Under the pieces are notes generated by a model. It saw nothing but the letters and a program-made list of their open reading frames with translations. It searched no databases and was not told the origin of the DNA. Shown here in pieces: positions 54,680 through 63,863 of a stretch of DNA of 64,000 nt (position 1 is its first letter; each line of letters begins with the position of its first letter). The DNA comes from Candidatus Nomurabacteria bacterium (GTDB taxonomy: Bacteria; Patescibacteriota; Dojkabacteria; SC72; JAHDCA01), in contig JACKFR010000001.1 in NCBI GenBank assembly GCA_020632375.1, positions 21,106 to 85,105 on the forward strand. Direction: 5' to 3'. A program made the position numbers and the translations under genes.

Positions 54680-56050
54680 TTGCCGGATAGGGCTGGCTTA
54701 GTTTTATCTCAACCGATTGGATTAAAATTGCGTAATTCTCCTGAAGAAGATGCAATAGCTGCTTATCAGGAGGTTGGTTTACCAGAATTTATCCACTCAG
54801 CAGAGCTTTCGAAGCAACAGAAGATTCAAACTCTAAGAGGCATTATTATGGAAAGTGGTTTGACTCTATACAGTGAGCTGGTAGCTAATTTCTTATCAAG
54901 AGGCTGCCATTTTACCGGGCTTTCAGTTGACGACTACTTTCAAATTCTCTTAGGGAATGCTATTCAACCAAAGCTGTTCGCCGATGCCTGTAGTAAAGCA
55001 GGAACGCAACTTGAGTACTACTTCAATGACACATCGACTGAAAGATACTTTCTTGTTGCCCAACAAGAGCGACTTAAAAGAATTTCAAGATTTCATAAAC
55101 GATTTCTAATACTTTGCAAAAACTACGAGGTTGAGTTTGAACAGGGGCTTTTTGACCGGTTTATCCAAGTAAGTGACTTAATAATGGAAATAACGAATCC
55201 GTGTATGGAAGGTAGATATGAAGAAGGATATTACGGGGATTTGGACAGAGTGTTATTTGAAGCCGTTATATTAGGTAAACCAATTGACTTGGTTAAGATC
55301 CAATGCATGAGGATGTTGCAGACAAAAGATTCTGATGGGAGAAATAGATTATCAATAAGTACATCTATAGATTATGAAGAGATTTCTGATAAGGGCGGTA
55401 GAACGCGGGTTTTTCAAGATACTTCGAGTCTAATTGACTATCTCACGCATTTGTCAGTTAAGTTTGCCGATATCGGAATCGAAGTGCGCCCGATTGTTGT
55501 AATTACTGATGACGATATTCGGAATATGTACCCGAAAGGATCCGTCATACCCAATGCGGATCTGATCGAGATTGAGAGAAAAGTTTTGATTTATTTACAA
55601 AATCTAAGACAGTACACGAATAAAATAGGAAGTAGTGTAGAAGTCTATTTAATCAGCCACCTAGCTTCCGGTACTGGGTATGAAGAAACAAAAGAATATG
55701 TATGCCAAGATTGTATTGCTGGTGGAAAGTCTGAAAGACCAATTATTTCCGAGAAAGAGTACGGATCCGCTGTTCAGGCTGATCAGAAAAAATATGGTTG
55801 CGAGCTAGGCTATCCGATTGAGATTTCTAAATATAAGGTCGGGATGTCGTTTGGAGTACTCCGAGGACTGTATGACTTAGGCAAACAGGTCGAACAAGTT
55901 CGACAGAGTAATGCCGTTTTTATCGCTCGATCAAAACCTGGGATTCAAATGCATATGGGGGTGTCCGTTGAGGGAAGGAGTGATCGGATACCTGTTTTGT
56001 TAGCTTATTCTAATGGGTTAAAGGTGTTTTATGAGAGGGGGAGGTTTTAA
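54680..56050 (+). CDS. Orphan protein (456 aa), no recognisable family
   Basis: An uninterrupted ORF from a TTG start, with an alternative ATG at 54848. I saw no P-loop, nuclease or other catalytic signature. Confidence 0.5.
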   Translation: MPDRAGLVLSQPIGLKLRNSPEEDAIAAYQEVGLPEFIHSAELSKQQKIQTLRGIIMESGLTLYSELVANFLSRGCHFTGLSVDDYFQILLGNAIQPKLFADACSKAGTQLEYYFNDTSTERYFLVAQQERLKRISRFHKRFLILCKNYEVEFEQGLFDRFIQVSDLIMEITNPCMEGRYEEGYYGDLDRVLFEAVILGKPIDLVKIQCMRMLQTKDSDGRNRLSISTSIDYEEISDKGGRTRVFQDTSSLIDYLTHLSVKFADIGIEVRPIVVITDDDIRNMYPKGSVIPNADLIEIERKVLIYLQNLRQYTNKIGSSVEVYLISHLASGTGYEETKEYVCQDCIAGGKSERPIISEKEYGSAVQADQKKYGCELGYPIEISKYKVGMSFGVLRGLYDLGKQVEQVRQSNAVFIARSKPGIQMHMGVSVEGRSDRIPVLLAYSNGLKVFYERGRF

Positions 56051-56147
56051 GCAAAAGGTCGAAAGAAAACTTATGTAATATAGTTGTTTTAATTCCAATG
56101 GGATAGTAAAATCAGCGCGCATAAGATATATATGAGCTATACGTCAA

Positions 56148-56315
56148 ATGGAATATGACGAAAATTATCAATTCTATATTAATCATGTTGAAAGACAAGC
56201 TGGAATAACAGCTAGAGTATTTGGTCCTATTAGAGTATTCAGGGAGTTTGTTTTGTCTCTTCATCTGAAATCTGATTCAGCTATTCTAGATATTGGAAAT
56301 GTTTTCCGGTTCTAA
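56148..56315 (+). pseudogene. N-terminal fragment of a class I SAM-dependent methyltransferase
   Basis: The 55-codon ORF ends ...KSDSAILDIGNVFRF*. It breaks off inside the motif I (vLDiGcGxG) position and has no downstream continuation. Confidence 0.3.
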
Positions 56316-56378
56316 AACCTATGCACGGTTATTTTGTCTTGGAACGAAATTAAAGATCTTGCATTTCCATGGCTTAGA

Positions 56379-57464
56379 CTAGTGCAACGCGCTTTCTCTT
56401 ATGCTTCCAAGTGAATTAGAAACAAATGTCACCTGCTGTCTAAACTCATCTAAGTTGATAGCGTTTACATAAGTCATTGCGCTTTGCAGACCATCTTTAA
56501 GTCTTAAAACAATTTCGTCTGCATATTTTGCATTTAAATCTTTGTAAATAACTCCTCCTTCTACATATCTGTGTGATTTTGAGGTTTCTTTAGATGCGTT
56601 GCCAGTATATTTAAGCATTAGGTTGCCATCAACCTTCTCTAGTACTGAATCTTCCATGCTTTCCGATGCAAAAATTCCGCCCATCATTGCACCTTCGCAT
56701 TTGGTCAGAGCTTTTACAAATTCTCCAGGGAATTTAATCCCGCCGTCTGTGATAATCTTTAGGTCATTAATCCCTTGATCATCTATAAATGACCTCATCT
56801 TCTCTATAAGTGTAAAGCTACCAACCCCAACGCCTGCGTTCAAACGAGTTAAGCAACCTGCCCCTCCTCCAATACAAACTCTGATAATCTTCTCTTCGTA
56901 ACCAAGATTGTCCATTGCGTTGTAAAGAAAAGCTAGACCCCGAACAGAGCCTACGGTTCCGGGCATGACACCGTTTTTAATTCCCAGCTTTGATAAGCGT
57001 TGTAGCTGCTTGATTGTGTCGTGATTAGCCGCTTGTGCAATGCTGATTGCAATCATATACAGGTTTTTCTTTTGTATGAGTTGCTCAATAAACTCATCAT
57101 CTTCGTTAAGCCCTATCGTTGCGCCGACTCTTTCTCCGGCTTTATCTATATCTGCAAGTCTTTCTTTGTACGTAAGCCCAATCCTTGGTAATACATGGAG
57201 AGTATCTTGCTTAGCTAGATCGACTGCCATTTTTGATCGCATAAATGACATTGATGCCCCAAATGCAGGGAAAATCTTATACTTCTTGTTGCGAATTGAA
57301 TTAAACTCTTGTTGAATATCGACATCTCTTCTTGAGCTTACTTTAGTAAGATATGTCGGGATTATGCTGACATCAGAATACGTGTTGTAGACCTCGCCCC
57401 CATCGTAGGATTTGAATTTATCGGCGTATTTAATCGCTTCCTCAATCAATTTAGAAAGATCCAT
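56379..57464 (-). CDS. IMP dehydrogenase/GMP reductase family protein (no CBS insert)
   Basis: TIM-barrel signatures: VCIGGGAGCLTRLNAGVGVG (equivalent to the GxGPGSxCTTR catalytic Cys loop) and ITDGGIKFPGEFVKAL...AMMGGIFA (phosphate-binding). Confidence 0.6.
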   Translation of the reverse strand: MDLSKLIEEAIKYADKFKSYDGGEVYNTYSDVSIIPTYLTKVSSRRDVDIQQEFNSIRNKKYKIFPAFGASMSFMRSKMAVDLAKQDTLHVLPRIGLTYKERLADIDKAGERVGATIGLNEDDEFIEQLIQKKNLYMIAISIAQAANHDTIKQLQRLSKLGIKNGVMPGTVGSVRGLAFLYNAMDNLGYEEKIIRVCIGGGAGCLTRLNAGVGVGSFTLIEKMRSFIDDQGINDLKIITDGGIKFPGEFVKALTKCEGAMMGGIFASESMEDSVLEKVDGNLMLKYTGNASKETSKSHRYVEGGVIYKDLNAKYADEIVLRLKDGLQSAMTYVNAINLDEFRQQVTFVSNSLGSIRESALH

Positions 57465-57618
57465 ACGGAAAGTGGGTGAAATTTTAGATGCAACCGGATT
57501 TATAATCGCAAACAGATTTCAATATGACAAAAAGTTTTTTTTGCTAACTAAAAAGTTTCTTAGTTGACGCCATTTTTTATATCTAAGAAAATCACACAAT
57601 AAACTTTTATCAATTCTT

Positions 57619-58329
57619 ATGAACAATATAAATATCAAAGTACACAGATACCAGAAAGCAATTCTGTTAAAGCTTGTAACCAGCTCTGGCGGGATGCGAT
57701 TCAACCAGCTTTTGGTAAAAGGGCTTGAAAGTGAGCATATGAACTACCATTTGAAGCAGTTGATGGCATTAGGGCTAGTAAAAAAAGAAGACAACAAATA
57801 TAAGTTGACCGATTCTGGAAAAGATTATACTAATCTTATTGATAGCGAGATTGAAATGATTGAAAAACAACCCAAAACCAGCGTTATTGTCAGGGCTGTT
57901 CGCCGAAATTCTGAAACAGGGGAGCTTGAACACTTGGTATGCAGAAGACTCAGACAGCCATATTTCGGCAAAGTAGGAAGAATCACTGGCAAGGTAAGGT
58001 TTGGAGAGACATTTGAAGAGGCAGCTGCAAGAGAGCTTGTTGAAGAAACAGGTTTGGAAGCAGGAAAGCTTACTCTTGAAGAAATTTACCGAAAAATGCG
58101 AAAACGAGAAGATGGTGTTTTTGTTCAAGATGTCATTTTTTACATATTCTTTGCATCTGAGCTTCAAGGTGAATTGATCAAAAAAACAGATACTCAAGAA
58201 AACCTCTGGGGGACAAAAGAATCTATTTTAAAGAATTGCGATATCTATGATGATCTTGTCTTGGATGATCTTGCAGATCCCAAAAAACTTAAATTCACTT
58301 GCAGTGTAGACTTTGCAGATGGATTTTAA
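57619..58329 (+). CDS. Winged-helix HTH plus Nudix hydrolase fusion protein
   Basis: The N-terminal ~70 aa are wHTH-like (QKAILLKLVTSSGGMRFNQLL...HLKQLMALGLV). The Nudix box is GKVRFGETFEEAAARELVEETGL. Confidence 0.75.
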   Translation: MNNINIKVHRYQKAILLKLVTSSGGMRFNQLLVKGLESEHMNYHLKQLMALGLVKKEDNKYKLTDSGKDYTNLIDSEIEMIEKQPKTSVIVRAVRRNSETGELEHLVCRRLRQPYFGKVGRITGKVRFGETFEEAAARELVEETGLEAGKLTLEEIYRKMRKREDGVFVQDVIFYIFFASELQGELIKKTDTQENLWGTKESILKNCDIYDDLVLDDLADPKKLKFTCSVDFADGF

Positions 58330-58428
58330 TAATAACTAGCTATCCAAAAACCTTTTGCTAGTAAGCACGCCTTCTGATAGCGTATAATACTGAAACCGAC
58401 TTGTAGATCATCTTTAATCCTGGTTTAA

Positions 58429-59682
58429 ATGCACAAAGTACTTGCTAAGATTAAAAGCAAATACAATAGTAAATTTGTTTTGGACTCTTTCTCCACGCTA
58501 TTCATAGGCCTTTTGATAAGCTTCTTGAGCTACTTATTTAATGTTCTTGCTGCACATCGATTACCAGAGGAATCATTTGGAATTTTAAGTGCAGTCATAG
58601 GGCTTATCTACATAATCCAGGTGCCTACTATGACTATTCAGACAGAACTGACAAAGTCTGTCGCAAAGGCTAATCAATGGGATCTTAAAAAAATAAAATC
58701 TCATGCATACAGATTCTTTCTTATTCTCGGGCTGGTTCTGAGCTTATCTACAATAATTTTCTCGAAGCAAATATCTGTAATTGTTAAAATTGCTCCTCAG
58801 TATGTTTCGCTCATTTCAATAATGATTTTAGGGTCTTTGCTGATTCCAGTTGGTCGAGGAATTCTGCTCGGCATGCACAAGATAAACACTGTGAACATAT
58901 TAAATTTACTTGAAGCAAGCTTAAAGCTCATTTTATTCCTGGTTGCTCTTTCGCTTTTTGATACTACGGCTTCATACCCGATAATTGCATTCGGTTTACC
59001 AACGCTAATTGTCTCGATTGTCTTTATCTTTTTTATTCGAGTTAAAGAAGACAATAAAAAGAAATCTAATTTCAAACTTAATTACAAAGCCCTCGTTAGT
59101 ACCTTTCTGGCATTTCTGCTTTTCAATCTTCCATTTTCATATGATATTGTTTTGACAGCACCGTCACTGCGTCCTGGGTATGCAGCACTTGCACTTATGT
59201 CTAAAATCGTTTATTTCGGGGGAATATTAATAATTCCGGTCTCTGTAGCATATATTGCTAAAGAAAAGAAAAGAGACATACAGATTAAATATCTGCTAGG
59301 TACTATCGGGATTGTATTTTCATTAACTGCATTTATAACATTGGTCTATTACTTTGCCGGCGACTGGCTTGTACCAATTGTCTCTGGTGACAAGTATCTT
59401 TATGTTGCACCATATACTTGGATTATGGGAGTTGGAATTGTTATATACTCTCTCGCAACTGTGATAATTAACTTCCTGATTGTAGAAAATCGTTTTTTTT
59501 ATATTCCTGTTCTTTTGGGAATCTTTGTATTACAGTACGTGCTTTACAAAAACTTTAACTCTGAAATTTCACTTGTTGTCAGAAACCAGATAATAGTCTT
59601 TTCGCTGCTATTTGCTACTTCGTTAATATCGCTGCTATATCATTTGGCTACTTATTCGGCAAAAAATATCAAAGCAGTGTAG
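58429..59682 (+). CDS. Polytopic membrane protein, oligosaccharide flippase (MOP)-like
   Basis: 417 aa with about 12 TM helices and Wzx-like size and topology. No soluble domains. Confidence 0.45.
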   Translation: MHKVLAKIKSKYNSKFVLDSFSTLFIGLLISFLSYLFNVLAAHRLPEESFGILSAVIGLIYIIQVPTMTIQTELTKSVAKANQWDLKKIKSHAYRFFLILGLVLSLSTIIFSKQISVIVKIAPQYVSLISIMILGSLLIPVGRGILLGMHKINTVNILNLLEASLKLILFLVALSLFDTTASYPIIAFGLPTLIVSIVFIFFIRVKEDNKKKSNFKLNYKALVSTFLAFLLFNLPFSYDIVLTAPSLRPGYAALALMSKIVYFGGILIIPVSVAYIAKEKKRDIQIKYLLGTIGIVFSLTAFITLVYYFAGDWLVPIVSGDKYLYVAPYTWIMGVGIVIYSLATVIINFLIVENRFFYIPVLLGIFVLQYVLYKNFNSEISLVVRNQIIVFSLLFATSLISLLYHLATYSAKNIKAV

Positions 59683-59717
59683 TATACTTGAGTGCATAAA
59701 ATTTTCATGAAAGATTA

Positions 59718-60863
59718 ATGGAAATTGTGATAGGGGTTGTCGCAGGAATTATTGTATCGGGCGTGGTGTTTGTTCTCCTACGTAAAGTTTTGTTCCAGGG
59801 GCAAGAAAGTGCTTCTGAAGCTGCAGCAAAAGCAATGGAGCTTCAAATGAGAAGTTTGATGCCACAGCTTCTTGAAGACGCCGAAAAAAGGCTTGTCTCA
59901 ATGGCTAACGAAAAACTGTCTGCAGAAAAGAAGGAGATTAAAACCGATGTAGAGAACAAGCGATCAGAAATCTCAAGAATGATAAAGCGTATAGAGGAAG
60001 AGCTTAGCAAAAGCCAGGAGAAGCTCGTTGCTTCAGATAAAGATAGAATTGGCAGCTTCAATGAACTTAAAACACGCCTTGATGAGCAGAAAAAGCTTAC
60101 AGAACAGCTTCGAGTGACTACCAATAGCCTTAAAAGTGTTCTGTCAGACAACCAGATCCGAGGCCAATTCGGTGAAAAAGTGACAGAAGATCTTCTTAAG
60201 ATGTCAGGGTTTGTAAAAGGAGTCGACTATAATGTCCAAGAAACAACGGGTAGTTCAGCGCGTCCAGACTTTACTGTTTTGCTTCCGGATCAGACAAAAA
60301 TCTTTGTGGATTCCAAGTTTCCTTATGCAAACCTTCAGAAAATGTCTGAAGTTGATGACGAAGAACAGAAAAAGCAGTATATGAAGCTGTTTGAAAAAGA
60401 CGTCAAAGAAAAGATTAAACAGGTAGCTAAGAGAGATTACATTGACCCAAATGAAAATACTGTCGATTTTGTTATTCTGTTTATTCCGAATGAGATTATA
60501 TTTTCATTTATTTACGACAAGATGAATTCAGTTTGGCAAGAAGCTATGGCAAATAAGGTAATCCTGGCAGGACCATTCAGCTTTACTGCGATTTTGAGAA
60601 TGGTTAAGCAAGCGTATGATAATTTCAGGTATCAGGCTAATATTGGGAAGATGATTCTTGAAATTAAGAATTTTAATAACGAGTTTGATAAATTTGCAGA
60701 GTCTTTCCAGAAAGTTGGAGAGAGGATTGCCTCACTTGAGAAGCTGTACAACACTGTCGAGAATACAAGGATGGGACAGCTAAAAAAACGGATTGAAAAA
60801 GTTCGTATACTTGATGAAGGGGTGCAAGAAGAACAGCCGCCACTTTTAGAAAATCCCGATTAG
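59718..60863 (+). CDS. rmuC: DNA recombination protein RmuC
   Basis: N-terminal TM helix, a long coiled coil, and the RmuC core (ARPDFTVLLPDQTKIFVDSKFP...DFVILFIPNE). Confidence 0.8.
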   Translation: MEIVIGVVAGIIVSGVVFVLLRKVLFQGQESASEAAAKAMELQMRSLMPQLLEDAEKRLVSMANEKLSAEKKEIKTDVENKRSEISRMIKRIEEELSKSQEKLVASDKDRIGSFNELKTRLDEQKKLTEQLRVTTNSLKSVLSDNQIRGQFGEKVTEDLLKMSGFVKGVDYNVQETTGSSARPDFTVLLPDQTKIFVDSKFPYANLQKMSEVDDEEQKKQYMKLFEKDVKEKIKQVAKRDYIDPNENTVDFVILFIPNEIIFSFIYDKMNSVWQEAMANKVILAGPFSFTAILRMVKQAYDNFRYQANIGKMILEIKNFNNEFDKFAESFQKVGERIASLEKLYNTVENTRMGQLKKRIEKVRILDEGVQEEQPPLLENPD

Positions 60864-61960
60864 GCTTTTCTGATAACAAGCTCCGGATTGTAGTTTCTTT
60901 CTTTTATGTATTTGAGAGCTTGGTTTTCGAGATTTTGACATCTGCTTACCCATTCGGAAGTATCTTTGCCTCGGAGACCTGCATACCAATCTTTTCTTCT
61001 GGTAATCTCGTTCAGGCTGGCGATGCAAACAACTTCGTCATTGTTAATTGCAAATCCGGCCCAGCTAATTCCCATATCTGTGGGAGAAAGATAGTTGTGC
61101 ATAAAATTATCTTTAGGGAGAAATTGGCTTGTAAGTTTTTTTACTATTTCGAATGCCTCTATATCTCTATTGTAATTAACAGCACGCTTCCCATAAGCCT
61201 TTTCATGGTAAGCGTCGAGCTGATTATAATCGCCGATATCTGCAGTCGCTGCTTCATAAGCTAAGTTTACCGGATGAGGCAGGGGAAGGCTCCAGATTGG
61301 AAATGTTTCAAACTTGGCATAGCCCGAATTGAGGCCTTTCTTGTTATCATAATAGAGTTGGCCGAGGCAAGTTGAAAGCTTTCCGCTATTTGATGCTGGA
61401 CCTGTCACAATTACGAGATTTTTTTCTGTTTCAATGTAATCGTCACCACCATATCCCGTTTCGCTTAGAACCTTCTCGGTATCGTGAGGATAGCCATCAA
61501 TTACATATCTTTTGTAAATCTTGTATCCTAGAACCTTTAATTTCTTGAGATAATTTTCAACTTCTGGATTTAATTCCGAAGTGCAGAGATTTACAGAGAT
61601 AGCAGAAACAGCACCAAAATGCTTTTTAAGATCTTCTAATTTATCTAGAACCTTCTTTTTGTATCCATCTCCATTACTTTCAAGTCTTCTATCTGAAGCA
61701 ATATCCTTAGCATTAATACAGAAGACTATTTCAAAAACATTGCTTAAGTTTTTAAGAATCTCTTTTTTAGCATATGGATCCAGTCCTGGAAGCACACGAG
61801 CGGCATGGGGGTCATAGGGGAATTTACCCCCAATTTCGAGATATAGCTTTCCTCCTCTAAAAGAATCCATTCTTTCAAGAATCTTTTCTCTCTGTAGGTT
61901 TATATACTTTTTATTATTAAACCCTAACCTTACAAATTCGGGAACATCCCAAGTATTCAT
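60860..61960 (-). CDS. DUF1846 (UPF0371) family protein
   Basis: The N-terminus (GFNNKKYINLQREKILERM...GGKLYLEIGGKF.YDPHAARVLPGLDPYAKKEIL) matches the conserved opening of UPF0371 proteins. Convergent 4-nt overlap with rmuC. Confidence 0.6.
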   Translation of the reverse strand: MNTWDVPEFVRLGFNNKKYINLQREKILERMDSFRGGKLYLEIGGKFPYDPHAARVLPGLDPYAKKEILKNLSNVFEIVFCINAKDIASDRRLESNGDGYKKKVLDKLEDLKKHFGAVSAISVNLCTSELNPEVENYLKKLKVLGYKIYKRYVIDGYPHDTEKVLSETGYGGDDYIETEKNLVIVTGPASNSGKLSTCLGQLYYDNKKGLNSGYAKFETFPIWSLPLPHPVNLAYEAATADIGDYNQLDAYHEKAYGKRAVNYNRDIEAFEIVKKLTSQFLPKDNFMHNYLSPTDMGISWAGFAINNDEVVCIASLNEITRRKDWYAGLRGKDTSEWVSRCQNLENQALKYIKERNYNPELVIRKA

Positions 61961-61990
61961 AGCAGGTAAATATTAGCACATTTAGAAAAA

Positions 61991-62014
61991 GAGCCGCTCC
62001 TAAGTAAGCGGCTC
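61991..62014 (-). terminator. Rho-independent terminator of the 62047..62661 gene
   Basis: GAGCCGCT-8 nt-AGCGGCTC, followed on the minus strand by TTTTT. Confidence 0.65.
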
Positions 62015-62046
62015 AATTATTTCCATTTAATTAAGACCAGCAGGGG

Positions 62047-62661
62047 CTATTCTTCCATCTCTTCTTCACCTTCCTCTTCCGCCATGTCCATGCTTTTCTT
62101 CATGTCCCCTGGGCTCTCAGAAGTAGCTTTTTTAGTTGGCTCTGCAAAAGCAAGGTAACCTGGAAGAACTAGATTTGCTATCGGGACAAGAGTTAATAGT
62201 CCAAGCCATTCGTCGAAACCTCTTCTTTTAGCAATTTGCATGCTCAGATAAACTACAAATATAACTATAATTAGAGCTCCTAAAAAAGGGATAACCACTG
62301 TGAGGAAAATAAGTGTAAACCAGCCGCTCAATCTGGCAAGTTTGACCATATAGTAGTAATTAAGTACAGGAACCCAAGCCATCCATGAGTTAGGTTCTCC
62401 GACTTTATTTCCAATTGTCATATACGAGTACGAGGTGTAAATCCATATCGCAACCCCGATTATTATTACTGGGATCAATAGCGCACCTGTAAAAATTGCT
62501 ATTGCTTTCGCTTCATCAGCAGTTAGAGAATTGCCCGATGTTGTGTAAGTGTAGTTATAATCTACAGCAGATACTTTTGAAGCTGTTCCTGTTGCAAAAG
62601 CAATTCCGCAGATCACTATAACAAGGGCTATCAATAAAGTTAAGCCTTTCTTTATGACCAT
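62047..62661 (-). CDS. Membrane protein with an acidic C-terminal tail
   Basis: A signal/TM helix, about 4 further TM helices, and the C-terminus MAEEEGEEEMEE. I recognised no family. Confidence 0.45.
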   Translation of the reverse strand: MVIKKGLTLLIALVIVICGIAFATGTASKVSAVDYNYTYTTSGNSLTADEAKAIAIFTGALLIPVIIIGVAIWIYTSYSYMTIGNKVGEPNSWMAWVPVLNYYYMVKLARLSGWFTLIFLTVVIPFLGALIIVIFVVYLSMQIAKRRGFDEWLGLLTLVPIANLVLPGYLAFAEPTKKATSESPGDMKKSMDMAEEEGEEEMEE

Positions 62662-62773
62662 TTGAGTAAGTATGAGTTTATATAGATTAAAGGTAACAAG
62701 TCCGGATTACACCGTCAAGCTGTTTTGATCAGTCCTTTACCCAATATCTCCTATGTGATAGGTTATTCTTAGT

Positions 62774-63370
62774 ATGGAGACTTCAATTTCTTCTGGTTAT
62801 ACTTTAGACATAGGGAAAACAAACCTATTATTATCCGCTCCGCATTGTATTGAGCACAAAAGGCCCAATTTTACAGGTGCTTTGAGGCCGGCAGAAGAGT
62901 CTACAAAAGAAATTTCAGAAGAGATCTGTTCTTTGACTGGTGCAAGCCTGATTTATGCTACAGATAGCAATCTGTCATACGACCCGAATTATATGTTGAT
63001 TTCAGATAACCCATATAAGCAGGCAATGAAGAAAATTGTTAGAAAAAAGAAGGTTCCTTATGTATTAGATATCCATGGCCTCTCTGATAAACACAACTAC
63101 GATATCGCTATTTTTTATCCGGATCGTTTCTTTAAGTCGAAGAAATATGCGTTCAGTCTTGCTAAAGCAGTTTTGAGTGGGAAACTTAAAGACGCTTTAA
63201 TCCAAATCTTCCCCCAGTCCAATCTTGACCGTGAGACAATTAGTCAATTCTGTGCAGGCGAACTTAATACCCCTGCAAATCAAATCGAAATAGCAAAATA
63301 TATTCGTCAAGATGACTTACTATGTCAGGATCTCATTAAGTCTATTTCTTCTTTTTTGCTGAATCTTTAG
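62774..63370 (+). CDS. N-formylglutamate amidohydrolase-like protein
   Basis: LLLSAPHCIEH and YVLDIHG resemble the FGase-family metal-binding motifs (saPH..., D.Hs/g). The assignment is tentative. Confidence 0.35.
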   Translation: METSISSGYTLDIGKTNLLLSAPHCIEHKRPNFTGALRPAEESTKEISEEICSLTGASLIYATDSNLSYDPNYMLISDNPYKQAMKKIVRKKKVPYVLDIHGLSDKHNYDIAIFYPDRFFKSKKYAFSLAKAVLSGKLKDALIQIFPQSNLDRETISQFCAGELNTPANQIEIAKYIRQDDLLCQDLIKSISSFLLNL

Positions 63371-63731
63371 ATGTCTCTTTTGAGATTCCGATTTTTTGTA
63401 AGTCTCTGAAAAGATATTTAGCAGCAATAAATGTCACAATCATCGTTATCATCAGCTGCACAGTGACATTCAACAGATCTCCTATAAGAAAAGTTTCGCC
63501 ACTTAGCTTGAGAGTTGTTTGGAAAATATGTTCGTTGGGTAACAATAAATTTATAAATGGCTGTATAATACCGTTTACTAAAACATCTACCACTTCTTTA
63601 CTTGACTGGCCAACAATCGTACCTATTGCCAGAGCGATCACTGAGTATTTTCCTAAAAATGTCGAAAATTCTGACAGCTCTCGCGAAATTAGAGACTCTC
63701 TCTTACTATTTTTATGATTTGTAATATTCAT
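63342..63731 (-). CDS. mscL: Large-conductance mechanosensitive channel
   Basis: FLGKYSVIALAIGTIVGQSSKEVVDVLVNGIIQPFINLL parallels the MscL TM1/periplasmic loop consensus. The length and two-TM layout fit. Confidence 0.6.
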   Translation of the reverse strand: MNITNHKNSKRESLISRELSEFSTFLGKYSVIALAIGTIVGQSSKEVVDVLVNGIIQPFINLLLPNEHIFQTTLKLSGETFLIGDLLNVTVQLMITMIVTFIAAKYLFRDLQKIGISKETSKDSAKKKK

Positions 63732-63863
63732 GTATGTAAGATTAACAAATTATTTAGCCGATTTTGACAAAATTATTAAAAATTCGTTAAAGAAATCGCT
63801 TTATTTTGACTCTCAAATTACCGTCTGTTAGACTCATCCTATATAAATTTGAAGTTATAATCA

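Noticed and set aside
54567-54755. A 62-aa minus-strand ORF lies between tRNA-Trp and the 456-aa orphan.
   Set aside because: It sits in AT-rich promoter-like DNA, overlaps the 5' end of the opposing 456-aa ORF, and has no motifs or plausible start context.
60860-61960. The DUF1846 protein may be truncated, at 366 aa against the roughly 490 aa I recall for UPF0371 proteins.
   Set aside because: I cannot verify the typical family length or find a downstream continuation. The ORF ends cleanly in a 4-nt convergent overlap with rmuC, so I did not report it as a pseudogene.
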